In this document: piece after piece, positions 1 to 13,255 of the stretch
Numbering within the stretch: the stretch's first letter is position 1
Layout: each line of letters opens with the position of its first letter
NCBI GenBank assembly: GCA_024137785.1
Contig: JAHRHZ010000038.1
Span: 27,026,938-27,090,937 of the forward strand
Reading direction: 5' to 3'
Source: Ginglymostoma cirratum
Taxonomy: Eukaryota
DNA length: 64,000 nt
Notes under the pieces: generated by a model
What the model saw: only the letters and a program-made list of their open reading frames with translations
Database searches by the model: none
Told to the model about the DNA's origin: nothing
Translations under genes and position numbers: made by a program

Positions 1-349
1 TATAGAGTGCACAACATTTCTATCATGTAATTCATTAGCTCAAGTTACTATTTGCAACCAGTGTAGTGAGAAACCATATGAGTAAACTGTCGATTAGAAG
101 ATATTCAAAGGACAGATTTCATGTATGTAGAAGAATGTAGAATGTAGAAGATTCTAGAGACTGATTCACCCATTTAAGATGAAGAAAATATTTTCCTACA
201 AAGGATCACAAATATTTGGTACTAAAAAAACAGTGAAAAAAAGAGTCTCTGAATATATTTTGAAGTATCATGATTAAGTAACTTACTGCAGTCTCTCACA
301 CCCCACCAAACTACAGTTGCTAGGTCAGGTGGTTTACAGTAATTGACAT

Positions 350-2110
350 CAACTTATAAATTAGGAACAGGAGTGCCCACTGCTCCTTCATGCCCACGAG
401 CATGCACTGCCATTCAATGCACTCATGGCTATTCTAATTGTAGCCACAGTCTACTTTTCTCCCCATGCCTAACAACCTTTGACTCTTTTATTAGTCCAGA
501 ATCTAACTGCCTCTGCCTTAAAAATATTCAATGACCTTTTTCTCCACCTTTTTTTCAAATAGGAGTTTTGGTCCTTCTCCTAAGCACGCTAATCAATAAT
601 TTGTGGTATCAGCAAGTGGGTATCTTCTAAAAAGAAAAACTTAAAAGACTGCCCTGTGGCAAATGATATTAATATTTCATTGCAACATACTGCAACCAGA
701 GATCAAAATTCCAATGGCTACATATCTAGCCTGTCCAACCTTTCCTCATAAGACAAGGTATTTGCTTAGTAAACCTCCTCTGAGCTACTTCCAATGCGTT
801 TACATCCTTCCTTAAACAAGGAAATCGATACTGTGTAGAGTAGATCAGATGTAACATGATCAATGCACTTTGTAACTAAAGCATAACCTTTTAGCTTTTA
901 TATTCAATTCTTTTCAAATTAAACAACTACATTTTGTTAGCTTTTCTAATTACTTTTTATATCTACAAACTAACCTTTTGTGATTCATGCAGTATGGCAC
1001 CCAGATCCCTCTTCATTTCTCATGTCATCAATAAGTTTAGCAATCATATCTTTGGTCCATTCATTCAAATAATTTAGGTAAATTATAAAATAAAGTTGAG
1101 GACTCCAGCACTGATCCCAGTGGCACACCATTCAGTACATTTTACTAACCAAAAAATGAGCCATGTATTGTTTCCTGTTGGCTACATAATCTTCTGACCA
1201 TGCTGAAATGTTATCCCCTAAGCTATGAACTTTTGTTTTTCACAATAATCTTCGATGTGGCACTTTAATAAATGCCTTCTGGAACTCCAAGTATAGTACA
1301 TCCACTACTTTCCCGTTATCCACAGCATATGTTTTCTCTTCTAAGAACCCTAACTAATGGTTAAACATTATTTCCTTCACACAACCTTGTTGACTTTGCC
1401 TAACTATCTTGAATTTTAGAGCCCTATTATAATGACTAATAACTGCTTCTTACATCCTTCCTATGACAGGTGTCAAGTAAACTGGCCTGTAGGTTCCTGT
1501 TTCCATTCTTGTGTGAATTAAGGAGGTGTAATCACTATTTTCCAATCTAATGGATCTTTTCTTGAAACTGGGGAATTTGGGAAGAGTAAAAGTAATGTAT
1601 CGATTATCTTACTAGACACTTCTTTTAAGACCCTTCGATGAAGTTCATCAGGACCCGTGGACTTGTCAGCTTGTGGCTGTAACAAATTGCTTGGTAATAT
1701 TATCTCAGTGATTATAATTTTCTTGAGTTCCTCTCCTAGTTCCTGATTTACAACTATTATTAGGATATTACTTGTATCCTCTACAGTGAAGTCTGCTACA
1801 AAATACCTGTTCATCTGCCAATTCTTTATTTTCTACTATTAATTCTCCAGTCTCAGTTTCGATGGATCATTTGTTTTAGTACTTTTCCTTTTGAAATCTG
1901 TAGAAAATCTTATTATCTTTACATTTCTAGCTGGTTCTCTTCAGATCTGTAATTTTCCCCTCCCTAATACTGTTTTACTCACTTTTTTATGTTCTTTTTT
2001 CTATATTCTGCTCAGTGTTCTAACTTGCCACTCATCTTTGCTCAATTATATGCTTTCTCCTATGCATGGTCTTCAATTTTTTTAGTTAACCATCAATAAT
2101 GGGTCTTCCC
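350..2110 (-). mobile_element. Decayed CR1-clade LINE (RT region and 3' end)
   Basis: Minus-strand remnants such as DKSTGPDELHRRVLKE...DWK (ORF 1518..1814), a NYRPV-like motif and a gtgccactgggatcagtgctgg (PQGSVLGP-like) segment; many stops. Confidence 0.8.
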
Positions 2111-2880
2111 TTGCAATTGTTCTTTTATTGCAAAGAAGCTTCACGTTTTATATTTAATACTGTTTGAAGGAATTACGTTTTGAAGGATTGCAGAAAAGTA
2201 ACATTCCATCTTTGTGGATTTACCTCAAATAGTTTCTTTTAAAGAGGTAATTTAAAGTTTGCTATGCACATTGGAGATTATTTTCAACAAGCTTTCTCAG
2301 AAATCACATGATTGTTGAAAACGGCTTGCCTTGCTATCGACTCGCTCCAGAATAGCCTATTCCCTGTCTTTTCACCTTCAATAATAACCCATTGGACAAA
2401 GTGTTGTTTTTAAACAGCCATTCTCTGCAGAGAATTTGTTTTCTCTTATCTCCCAAGCCATACACACAAAATGGTATTAGTGGAGGGTTTGTACTAGCTT
2501 GTTTACTGATTGTGTACATTATCCAAAAATTGTTCCCTTATTGTAAAATATTGATAGATCAATAATTCTGTTATTGGCCCTCAATAGTCCCCAGTATTTC
2601 AAACATCTATCTCCTCTTTAAACACTTCCAGTGATCTAGTCTCCTACCTCTCTGGGGTAGAAAAATCTAGACAATTACCACCCTCTGGGAGAAGAAATTC
2701 CTTCACACCTCAGTTTTAAATGAGTATCCCTTATGCTATAACTATATTCCTAGTTCAATAGTTCCCCAATAATGGAAAATTTTCTCAACATCTATTGTTT
2801 CAAGTCCCCTCAGCATTTAATATGCTTTAACAAGATCATCTCTCATTCTTCTAAATTCTAATGAGTAAAAATTCTAATGA

Positions 2881-3186
2881 GGGCGGCACAGTGGTTAGCA
2901 CTGCAGCCTCACAGCGCCAGGGACCTGGGTTCAATTCCAGCCCCAGGTGACTGTCTGTGCGGAGTTTGCACATTCTCCCCATGTCTGTGTGGGTTTCCTC
3001 TGGGTGCTCCAGTTTCCTCCCACAGTCCAAAGATGTGCAGGCTAGGTGGATTGGCCATGCTAAATTGCCCATAGTGTTCAGGGGTGTGTGGGTTATAGGG
3101 GGATGGGTCTGGGTGGGATGCTCCAAGGGTCAGTGTGGACTTGTTGGGCGGAAGGGCCTGTTTCCACACTGTAGGGATTCTAATGA
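2881..3186 (+). mobile_element. HE1-type tRNA-derived SINE (V-SINE group)
   Basis: Head gggcggcacagtggttagcactgc with B box ggttcaattcc, central tgtgcggagtttgcacattctcccc core, CR1-like tail ending gggattctaatga. Confidence 0.9.
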
Positions 3187-4243
3187 TTCTAAAAGCCTCA
3201 CCTGTTTAGCTGTACTTGGTAAGCCAGCACCTACATCTCAGGCATCTGCCTAGTGAATCTCTTTGAACTGTCTCCAATTCTATATCTCCTTTTTCAAAAT
3301 ACAGGGACCAAACTTATCCACAATACTCCAAGCGTGACCTCACCAACATTCTGCAGAGCTGTAACAAGACGTCCCTACTTTTAAACTTCAAAGTGTAAGC
3401 AATAAAGGCCAAATTTACATTTGCCTTATTAATTATGCACTTCATTCACAAGACCGTCTATGGTGCCCTCTTCAGAGTCTCTCTCTATTGAATTAAGAGT
3501 CTACCTAACTATCAAAATGTATAACCTCACATTTTCCTACTCTTAACTTTATCTGCCAGGCTTTTGCCCATTTACTCCATCTATCTATACCTCTTAGACA
3601 TTCTGTATATCCTCATTACAATGTGCCCTCCCATCTATTGTTGTACTGTCATCAAATTAGAATAAATAACACTCTTACCCTCCTCAAAGTCATTAATATA
3701 GATAGTAAATAATTGAGACCCTAGGACTGATCCTTGTGGCAATCCAGTAATGTTTTTCCAACATGAAAAAGATTCATTTATCCCAACTCTGTCTTCTGAA
3801 TGTTAAACAATCAATCCTCAATTCATATTAACACGTGACCCCCAATTCCCTACACTCTGATCTTTTGCAATTAACTTTTTATGTGGTGTCTTATCCAATG
3901 CCTCTTGAAAACCCAAATGCACTACATCCACCAATTCTCCTTTTTCAACTCTGCTTTCCATAACTTCAAAGAACTTTAGGTAATTTGACAAATGTATTCC
4001 CCATTAACAAAACCATGTTGATTCTGTTTAATTGTTTTTATTTAAATACCCTGCTATTTATTCCTTAGTAAGGGACTGTAGCATTTTCCCAATGACAGAT
4101 GTTAGGCCATCTACTGGCCTGTAGTTTCCTGCTTTCTGTTTCTGTATCTTCTTGAACAGATGTATCATTTGATGAATTTCCAACCCTCCTGGAATCTCAG
4201 GAGTTTTTGGAATATTCTGACCAACGCCACCACTATGGAACAA

Positions 4244-4573
4244 CAGAATCCCTACAGTGTGGAAGCAGGCCGTTTGGCCTATTGAGTCCAAACTGACCAT
4301 TCGAAGAGCATCCCACTCAGACCCTCCCTATCCCTGTAACTGAACATTTGCCATGGCTAATCCCCCTGCACACTATGAACAATTTAGCATGGCTAATCAA
4401 CCTAACCTGCATAGCTTTGAACTGAGGGAGGAAACCAGAGCACCCAAAGGAAACGCATGAGACAAAGGGAGAATGTGCAAAGTCCACATGGACAGTCACC
4501 TAAGGGTGGAATTGAACCTGGGTCCCTGGCACTGAGAGGCAGCAGTGCTAACCACTGAGCTACCATACTACCC
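4244..4573 (-). mobile_element. HE1-type SINE
   Basis: Reverse complement of the 2881-3186 family, full length. Confidence 0.88.
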
Positions 4574-6024
4574 CATTATCTCTGCAGCCACATCTTTTAA
4601 ACAAAATGGGCACAGGATATGAAGTCATGGCGCCTTTAGCCCTGTCAATTTGTCAAATACTTTGTCCTTTGTGCTAGAAGCTGTTACAATTTCTTTCCTC
4701 CCTCCTATTAGCACCATACTTATCTGTTATCTTTGGGATCTTTATCGTGTCTTCCATCATGAAGACCTATTGTTTACATTATGTGCCATTTTCCTGTTCC
4801 CCATTATTAATTATCAAGTTCCATCATCCAATGATCCCACAAATCTTTTAGCTACTCTCTTTTAACATATCCTATATATATATGTATTTTATATATATTC
4901 GTGCTGTTCGTTCTTACATCTCTTGCCAATCTATTTTCATGGTCCATTTTCTCCCTCTTTATTACTTTTTTATTCATCCACTGCTGGTACCTAAAAAAAG
5001 TTCCCAATCCTCTGGCCTTCCATTAGTTTTTGCCACTTTGCATATTGTCAGTTTTGATTGTACTCTCTCCTTGACCACTCTTGTTAACTGTTCTCATCCT
5101 TCTCATTGAGTCTTTTATTGACTAGAATAAATTTTTGCTAAACGTTATGAAATATCTGCTTAAATGTCTGTCACTGCTCATCCACTAACTTTCTCTTTAA
5201 TCTATTTCCAAGCCCGCTAAGGATAAAACTTTTTTTCACATCTTGATAATCACCCTTGTTTAAGTTAAGGACACAGGTCTGAGACCTGACCTCTCCCTCA
5301 AACTGAGTTTGAAGTTTTACCATGCTGCGATTGCTACATCCCAGAAGATCCTTAACTATGAGAGCTTTTAATAATCCTACCTCATTACACATTACTGGAT
5401 CTAAAATGACCTGTTTCTAGGAAGCTTCTGCAATGTACTGCTCTGAGAAACAATCCCTGATGTACTCGACAAATTCATTATGCATATTACCCTTGTCCAT
5501 CCAATTTAACTGGCCCATATGCAGATTAGAATTACTCATGACAATTGTAGTGCCCTTTTCACATGCCTCCATTATTTCCCAATTTATACTTTGTCCTGCA
5601 GTGGGGCAACTCTCCGAGGATCAATAGACAACTCCCACCTGTCATTTCTTTCCACTGCTTTTCCTTATTTCCACCCAAACTGATTCCACATCACCATCTA
5701 TCGCATCTACATCACTAGTCACCAGCACGCTGCACCTCCTTTGCACTGCACCAAGCCACCCCATTCCCTTTCCTTTTTGCTTACCCCTCCGAAATATCAA
5801 ATATTCTTGAATATTGAGTCCCCAATCTTGGTTACCATGCAACCAAATATCCATAATAGCTGTTAACATATATTCATTTATTTCTATTTGTACCATCAAC
5901 TCATCTTTCTTGTTCCAAATGCTGTGTGTATTCAAATAAAGAGCCTTTAGCATTAATGTTTTAACCATTATTTCTTATTTTGCTTCAAATTTTTTGCTGC
6001 ATTTTTCTATTCGCTACCCCTTTT

Positions 6025-6350
6025 GTCATCATCATAGACCCCTCCTACCCTGGTTATAATCTCTTTCAACCTCTTCCATCAGGCAGGAGTTACAAAAGCT
6101 TAAACACACGAACCAATAGATTCAAAGACAGCTTCTTTCTCGCTGTTATTAGGCTTCTGCATGGATCTATCAAATTTTAAATCTAATGTTGATCTTGCTT
6201 TTTGTGCATCTTCTTTGCAACCAAATGTTTGTATTCCTCATTCTGGTCTATCACCCTAGGATCTTTGTATGTTATGATCTGCCTGTACTGCGTGTAAAAC
6301 AAAACTTTTCACTGTACTTAGGTACGTGTGACAATACATTAAATCAAAAT
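6025..6350 (+). mobile_element. Rex1/Babar LINE 3' fragment
   Basis: IIDPSYPGYNLFQPLPSGRSYKSLNTRTNRFKDSFFLAVIRLL resembles the Rex1 C-terminal motif; 3' UTR ends gtgacaata..aaatcaaa; sister copy at 36310-36475. Confidence 0.8.
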
Positions 6351-8071
6351 TTTGATTATTGTTTACCTCTTTGTTCTGTTCTCTTTTCTCCCTTTTGATT
6401 TTTTGAACTTCCCTTCAATTGAACCATTCTCCTCAACAAACTTGTAGCCTTATCTATTACACTAGGTACGCAAAACTGGTCCCAGCATGGTTCAGATGTA
6501 GCCTACCCAAGTGGAACAGCTCTCAGTCCTCGGTACTGGTGACAGTGCCCATGAATCAGAACCTTTTCTCCCTACACCAATCTTTGAACCATGTGTTTAC
6601 TTCATTAACTTCATTTGCCCTACACTATTTCTCACCTGGCTCAGGCAGTAACCTGGACATTATAACCTTTGTGGTTTTACTTTTTAATTTAGCTCTGATC
6701 TGCTCATTACATCTCAGCAAAACTATTACCCTATTCCTAGCTATATTGTTGGTATCTACCTGGAAGACTACTTTTCTACTTGACAAGTGATATTTCAAAC
6801 CTTATAACTAGGTATGCTTCCTTAGGGACTCTACCTTTCCAGAGAGCAGTATCTATTCTCCTAGCTGTGCTATCTCCTATTACAATGAGGTTTCTTTTCA
6901 CAAGCACCCACACCCCCACCCACAACTTGAATAGTATTCGGGACCATGTCCTGTGGTCATTTCACTCATCTTTCCAAAGTTTTGTGCCCCTGTCAACCCC
7001 AGGAGCAAGGACATTGTACTTATTGGATAAGGGCACAGGCTAAGACTCCTTCACAGCTAAATTCTGGATTCCAATATCTGCCTCATAATGCAGTCACATG
7101 CTCCTGTCACTAACTATGGACCAGATTTGATCTAGTTAATGTAAAGTGTGTGACTGCCTCCCAAAATACAGTGTCCAGTCACCTCTCTCCTTCCCCCAGC
7201 AGTTTCTGCTGCTCAGATTCCAGCTCATCAGCCCTGAGTCAAAGTTCTCTGAGCAGCCAACATTTGTTGCAGAAATAGTCTCTGTTGCATCACATCAGTA
7301 TCCAGCAGCTCCCACATACTACTGCTGCAACACATCACCTTCCCGGCCATTGCATTCTATTTAAGTAATTAATTTAAGTAATTAAGTAATAAATATTTTA
7401 AAAGTGAATTACTTAACTGTATTGTTCTTATGCAATAACATCTTCAGATTTAAACTACTTGCCTAATCAAAAGTAGCACAGAAAAAGTACCCACCAAACA
7501 CCTCCCTGTTTTCCTGGGATATTGCACTCTGGCTCTGGCAGGTAGAACTGGTTGAAGGGGCCTCTCTGGCATTAGCTTTTGGACGGATTGGAGGGTTGAA
7601 AAAAGGATGAGAATTTTTAAAATCAAGGCGTTGCCTCAATGTTAAATTATGCTTAGAGCTAAGTTGCTCATTCCTCGTATGACAAAATACTGATGCAAAA
7701 TCTCTGACTAAACTTTGTATCTGGACTGCTTCAGATAGACTGCCAGGCTGGGTGACAACTGCTAAATATAACCCATAACCAGCAGGCTAGACTGTCCAGT
7801 GAATAAATTACAAAGAATTTTGACTCTGTCTCCCCTTAAAGCTGACTCAAGTCTTCCATTTAAACATAGCTGTTCATCATACCTTTAAAACACTTTACTA
7901 GATGTTGATCATGTACTGATGCTCATTTAAAAATGCTAAAACAAATTGCCTGCTGAGGATTACCATTCTGCCCAGCCAGCTCTTGGGAACACTACTTGGT
8001 CAATAACATAAATCTATGTTCAACTGACATAACCATATTAAAACACCAATTTTGTTTTAACCGAAACAACT

Positions 8072-8377
8072 GGGCGGCCTGGTGGCTCAGTGGTTAGCGC
8101 TGCTGCCTCACAGCACCAGGGACCTGGGCTCAATTCCACCCTCAGGTGACTGTCTGTGTGGAGTTTGCACGTTCTCCCTGAGACTGCGTGGGTTTCTTCC
8201 CACAGTCCAAAGATGTGCAGGATAGGTGGATTGGCCATGCTAAATTGTCTGCAGTGTTCAGGGAGGTGTAGATTAGGTGGGTTATAGGGGAATGTGTCTG
8301 GGTGGGATGCTGTCAGTGTGAACTTGTTGGGCCAAAGGGCCTGTTTCTACACTGTAGGGATTCTATGATGATTCTAA
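8072..8377 (+). mobile_element. HE1-type SINE
   Basis: gggcggcctggtggctcagtggttagc head; tail gggattctatgatgattctaa. Confidence 0.9.
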
Positions 8378-8429
8378 CTTGCAATGTTTGACTTCAACAT
8401 AACAGACATTAGTGTATATCCTCCACAGT

Positions 8430-9427
8430 TTAGAATTAGGTTTATTTTAATGTCTACTCAAGTTACTAAAATACAGAAGTATAGTGAAAGGTGTGCAATG
8501 TTGCCACATGGTGACATCTTAGGTACAAAACAAAGACAAAATAAAGAAAAACATTACGCTACATTACAGATGTACAAAGTATAAGTTAAGAAAGTAAGAA
8601 ATAAAGCCAAAAAGATAGACATCCCAGTCTTTCTCTAAGAGCTTCTGTGTGGTCAGACCCGACTCCACCAGTTCTCAACCAGTAGCCATCTGCGCTCTCG
8701 ACCTGCTGACTATCCCCGCTTCGATCCAGGCCCAGCCCTGCTTCTGGCCACTGGTCATCCCTGTTTCGGCCCACAGGCTGTTCCCGTTTCACTTCGGGCC
8801 CGCTGGACGTTCCCGTTTCACTCCCGGCCCGTTGGCTGTTCCTGTTTCACTCCCAGCTCGCTGGATGTTCCTGTTTCACTCCTGGCCTGCTGGATGTTCC
8901 CGTTTCACTCCCGGCCCGCTGGCTGTTCCCGTTTCACTCCCGGCTCGCTGGATGTTCCCGTTTCACTCCCGGCCCGCTGGATGTTCCCATTTCACTCCCG
9001 GCCCGCTGACTGTTCCCGTTACACTCCCGGCTCGCTGGCTGTTCCCGTTTCACTCCCGGCCCGCTGGATGTTCCCATTTCACTCCCGGCCCGCTGGATGT
9101 TCCCGTTTCACTCCCGGCCTGCTGGTTGTTCCCGTTTCACTCCCGGCTCACTGGCTGTTCCCGTTTCACTCCCGGCCCGCTGGATGTTCCCGTTTCACTC
9201 CCGGCTCGCTGGCTGTTCCCGTTTCACTCCTGGCTCGCTGGATGTTCCTGTTTCACTCCCAGACCGCTGGATGTTCCCGTTTCACTCTGGACTGCTGGCA
9301 GAAAAGGAAAAAGACAGAAGAGAAAATAAAAACGTAATAGAGAGAAAGAAAAAGGAAAAAAAAGAAAAGGAAAGAATGGAGCAGACGAGCTCTGGCTGGA
9401 GTGTCCTACCCCACTGCTATCTTGGAA
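8430..9427 (-). mobile_element. Putative non-autonomous retroelement containing an internal minisatellite
   Basis: Minus strand starts ttccaagatagcagtgg (CAAGATGGC-like start) followed by a pyrimidine tract, and ends cactatac...aataaacctaattctaa (Rex1-like 3' terminus); no RT coding seen. Confidence 0.5.
8770..9290. repeat. 29-bp CpG-rich minisatellite, ~18 copies (CCCGCTGGATGTTCCCGTTTCACTCCCGG)
   Basis: Direct head-to-tail units without spacers; explains the repetitive ORFs in all three plus frames. Confidence 0.97.
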
Positions 9428-10679
9428 ATAAAATATTTGGGGTATCAGTTACTGGTATTAGCTTTAATCGTGTATATAGTGAGAACAGCAAAATATAATC
9501 CACTGATGAATCTATCATTGAAAAAATTCTTTTATCTTTAGTCTTGCAGAGGAAGCTTTACCTGCTTATTGCCATTTTTTTTTGGCAATGTTCTTTCTTT
9601 GCTGGCCTACACTTCTGAAGGCAGCTGTTGGCACCCCTGATGCTGTTAGAAATCAGAGTCCCTTTAAAACTGAATTATACTGTGTGCCTCCAGGTTACTT
9701 CTCTTTCCCCAAACACATACAATTTCTAATAAACGAGGACAAAAGGAAGGTCACAGACAATAATTAACATCAAGGCCACTATGTTTCATAAACTGACATC
9801 AAAGAGCTATCTGGCAGCATATTGTGAAAGCACTGTTCAAGAAACTGAAAGTTTTGTTCGCAAAAAGAATGAAAACTAACTTTCAGATGAGGTTGGGCAA
9901 GTGGGGAACAAATCTCCTGATATATGTCCCATGTGCATTGGCCAGAAGCTTTCAAATGGGTGATTGACTTGGCGCAAACGACTAGCCTGTGGGAAGACTG
10001 TAAGATGTAGTGGGCCATTCAGTCCAACGTGTCTGCTCTGCCATTCAGTGATCTGATAGCCCTCAACGGGACAACATAACCAGAAGTGTCTTCATAGGAC
10101 AATCCTTACTTAACCAGAATCCCTACAGCGTGCAAACAGGCCATTTGGCCCATGATCTAAGATCAACCTAGTGAGCCTTCTCTGGACTGCCTGTAATGAT
10201 AGTTTATCTTTCTTTAGATAAGGGACCAAAACCGTTAACAGTACTCTAGGTGTGTCCTGACTAGTATCTTGTAGCGTTTTAGCAAGACTTTAGAAAATGT
10301 AAAGGTATAACAACAAGTGCCCAGAGTCAGAGGGCACCCCTTGTAGGGTATTATCCTCATCAAGGAGCTGTCTTCTTTAGATGGAAGATGGACCACAGGA
10401 GATTGAGGGAGGCCTAGGGAAGGATCTAACATTTCCAGTAGAGAGTAAGTTGCTGCCTTCACAGCATTAATGAGATTGACATTCTCTGTCAACTGCCTGC
10501 TCGTCCTCAGTTATCTATGAGCCGTTCTCACGTCATGCGTTGTGCGCTTTTGCCCAATTCACCGATGTATCCTAAATTACAGCTTCTTAAACTTAATAAC
10601 TACCTGAAAATCCACAATGAATGGTTAACTGTCTGTATTAGGTAACTGTGGCTCCAGACCCCTAAAATGATAACAAATA

Positions 10680-10980
10680 AGCTTGCATTTATATAGAACC
10701 TTCCATGACCTCAGATGATCATAGAAATAATGTTCTGTCAATGAAACACTATTAGAAGTGTATTCACTTTTATTTCATTGCAGCTCACTTATGCACAGCA
10801 AGCTTCCATTAGTAGTAACATGATCATGACAAAATCATCTGTTTCCTCTGATGTCGGCTGAGGAATAAATATTAGCCAGGACACTGGGATAAAACCTCTG
10901 ACAGTGCAATGCTTCCTGAGTATTGCTTGGGGGTAGTCAGCCAAGATTCTGTGCTCAAGCCATTAGACTGGAACTCACAG
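10680..10980 (-). mobile_element. Old DeuSINE/SacSINE1-like SINE
   Basis: Similar to 54480-54870 and to the reverse complement of 20260-20440; heavily diverged. Confidence 0.55.
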
Positions 10981-11269
10981 GCAATGATCATCTCCAATTA
11001 GAAGGCAACTAATCATTGGGCTTTAATGTTCAATATCAGTATCATCACTAAATCCCCTATTTTCAACATTCGATCACCATTGACCACAAAATAAACTAGA
11101 CCAGCCATACAAAATTTACTCCAAATGCCATAAAGTATCATGGTATCAGGTCAAACATGGGCAAGGATGCCTCCCACTCAATCAACAGTTGAGGAATCAT
11201 TGCTCCCCCGCACCGAATACTGCTTGGAGGAAGCCCTGAGAGTAGTAAAGGTGCTGGATGAGCTCTGGT

Positions 11270-13255
11270 AGAGACTATCACCAAGAATGACTTAGTAGCG
11301 ACACCACTGACTGAGCTGGTTGAGTCCTAAAGGACATAACTGCTAGACTAGGTCTGCGGCAGGTGGTGAATGAACCAACAAGATGGCAAAGAGTCTTGAT
11401 CTCATACTCACCAATCTCCCCGCCATAGATGGATCTATCCATGACAGTATTGGTCGAAGTAATCACTGCATAGTCCTATAGAGACAAAAGTCCCGTCTTC
11501 CCATTGAGAATACCCTTCATCTTGTTGTGTGGCACTATTGCCATGCTAAATGGGATAGGCTACAAATAGATCTAGAAACTCAAGACTGAGCATCCATGAG
11601 GTGCTGTGGGGCATGAACAGCAGCAGAACTATCCTCCAATACAACCTATAACCTCATGATCTAACATAACTCCAGTATACCATTACCAATAAACCAGGGG
11701 ATTAACTCTTGTTCAATGACGAGTGCAGGAGATTATGCTAGGAACAACACAAGATATATTTAAAAATTAGGTGTCAGCCTGATGAAGCTACCAAACAGGA
11801 CTACATGCATCCCAAACAGCATAAACAGTAAGCGATAGACAGAGCTAATCAATCCCATAACCAACGGAGCAGATCGAAGCTCTGCAGTCCTGCCACATCC
11901 AGCAATGATTGTGGTGGACAATTAAGCAAAGCACTAGAAAAATGTCCCAAAGGTCAACGACTACAGGGTCCAGCACATCAGTGAAAAAGATAAAGCACAA
12001 GAATTTACAGCAATCTTCAGCCAGAGGGCTGAGTGGATGATCCATCTGAGCCTCTTCCAGTAGTCCCCAGCATCACTGATACCAGTTTTCAGCCAAGTGA
12101 ATTCACTCACATGATATCAAGAAATTGTTGGAGACACTGGATATTGCAAAAGCTATGGGCACCGATAAAATTCTAGCACTAACACTCCAGATTTGTGCTC
12201 CAGAATTTGCCACACCCCTAGTCAAGCTCTTCCAGTACAGTTACAACACTGGCATCTACCCGACAATGTGGAAAATTGCCCAGGTATGTCCCCTATACAC
12301 AAAAAGCAGGACAAATCCAACCCAGCCAATTACCGCCCCATCAGTCTACCCTCGATCATCAGTAAGGCGATGGTAGGGGTCATGCAGTATCTTCTCAGCA
12401 ATAACCTGCTCCATGACACTCAGATTGGGTTTGTTGCAAAAACCCATCTTGTTCACTAATGTTCTTTAGGGAAGGAATCTGGAGTCTTTTCAGCAGACCC
12501 ACAATCATGTGGTTGACTCTAAAATGTCCTCTGGACAATTAAGAATGGGTAATAAATGCTGGCTTAGCAAAGGCAAAAGAGCTGACACATAGACAAAAGA
12601 GCTGAATTCTAGAGCTGAGTTGGAGTGAGTGCCTTGACATCAAGCCTGCATTTGACTGGATGCGGCATCAAGGAGCCCTAGCAAAACTGGAATCAATGAG
12701 AATTAAGAGGGAAAGCTCTCTGCTAGCTGGAATCATATCTGGCATTTAGGAAGATGGTGGGGGTTATAGAATCATTGAATTGCACAATAAAACGCTCAAG
12801 GAGCTTGACGTCATCCAGGCCAAAGCAACTTGCTTGATTAGCACCAGATCCACAAACATCCACTCCCTCCACCACCGATGCTCAGTAGCAGCAATGTATA
12901 CCATCTATAAGTTGCACTGCAGGATTTCACAAAAAATCCTTAGAAAACACCTTCCAAACCCACAACCACTTTTGTCTAGAACGACAAAGGCAGCAGATAC
13001 ATGGGAAGATAACCACCTGCAATTCCCCTCCAAGCCACTCATCATCTAGGCTTGGAAATACATTACCGTTCCTTCACTGTCGCTCGGTCAAAATCCTTGA
13101 ATTCTCTTCCTAAGGGCATTGTGGGTCAACCCACAGTAGGTGGACTACAGTAGTTCAGTAAGGCAGCTCACCAACACCTTGTCTAGGGCAAGTAGGGACG
13201 GGCAATAAATGCTGACCCAACCAGAGATGCCCATGTGTCACAATTGCATTAAAAA
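11270..13255 (+). mobile_element. Decayed CR1/L2-group LINE (APE + partial RT, internal deletion)
   Basis: LDLILTN and IGRSNH APE motifs (~11395-11467); KAMGTDKI...WKIAQVCP and KSNPANYRPISL (ORFs 12125, 12193); 3' tail gggcaataaatgctg. Confidence 0.85.
12430..12570 (+). mobile_element. 3' part of a second tRNA-SINE family nested in the LINE
   Basis: aaaacccatcttgttcactaatgttctttagggaagg...tgtggttgactct...gggtaataaatgctggc; same family as 31140-31420, 32090-32445, 54955-55280. Confidence 0.7.

Larger units (their letters stand above)
2560..7360 (-). mobile_element. Long decayed CR1 LINE (ORF1 remnant, APE endonuclease, RT) with nested SINE and Rex1 insertions
   Basis: APE N-terminus LYLNTHSIWNKKDEL...VESVWVEIR (ORF 5642..5968), AGNYRPV...TSVIGKML (ORF 4058..4300), CR1 3' region near 2560-3400; boundaries approximate. 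Confidence 0.85.

Noticed and set aside
2334-2519. Minus-strand 61-aa ORF in non-repetitive sequence between two CR1 copies
   Set aside because: No homology or splice signals recognised; length compatible with chance.
2881-2950. tRNA genes at SINE heads (also 8072, 26123, 29918, 57739)
   Set aside because: A/B boxes continue into SINE core and LINE-like tail; no complete cloverleaf.
8649-9498. Long ORFs (226, 147, 133 aa) and a CRISPR-like periodic pattern
   Set aside because: Pure 29-bp tandem repeat with no unique spacers and no cas genes in a vertebrate context; ORFs are open only because the unit lacks stop codons.
9568-9588. ttgcca-T-run-tggcaa hairpin resembling a terminator
   Set aside because: Short inverted repeat expected by chance; intrinsic terminators are irrelevant in this eukaryotic context.
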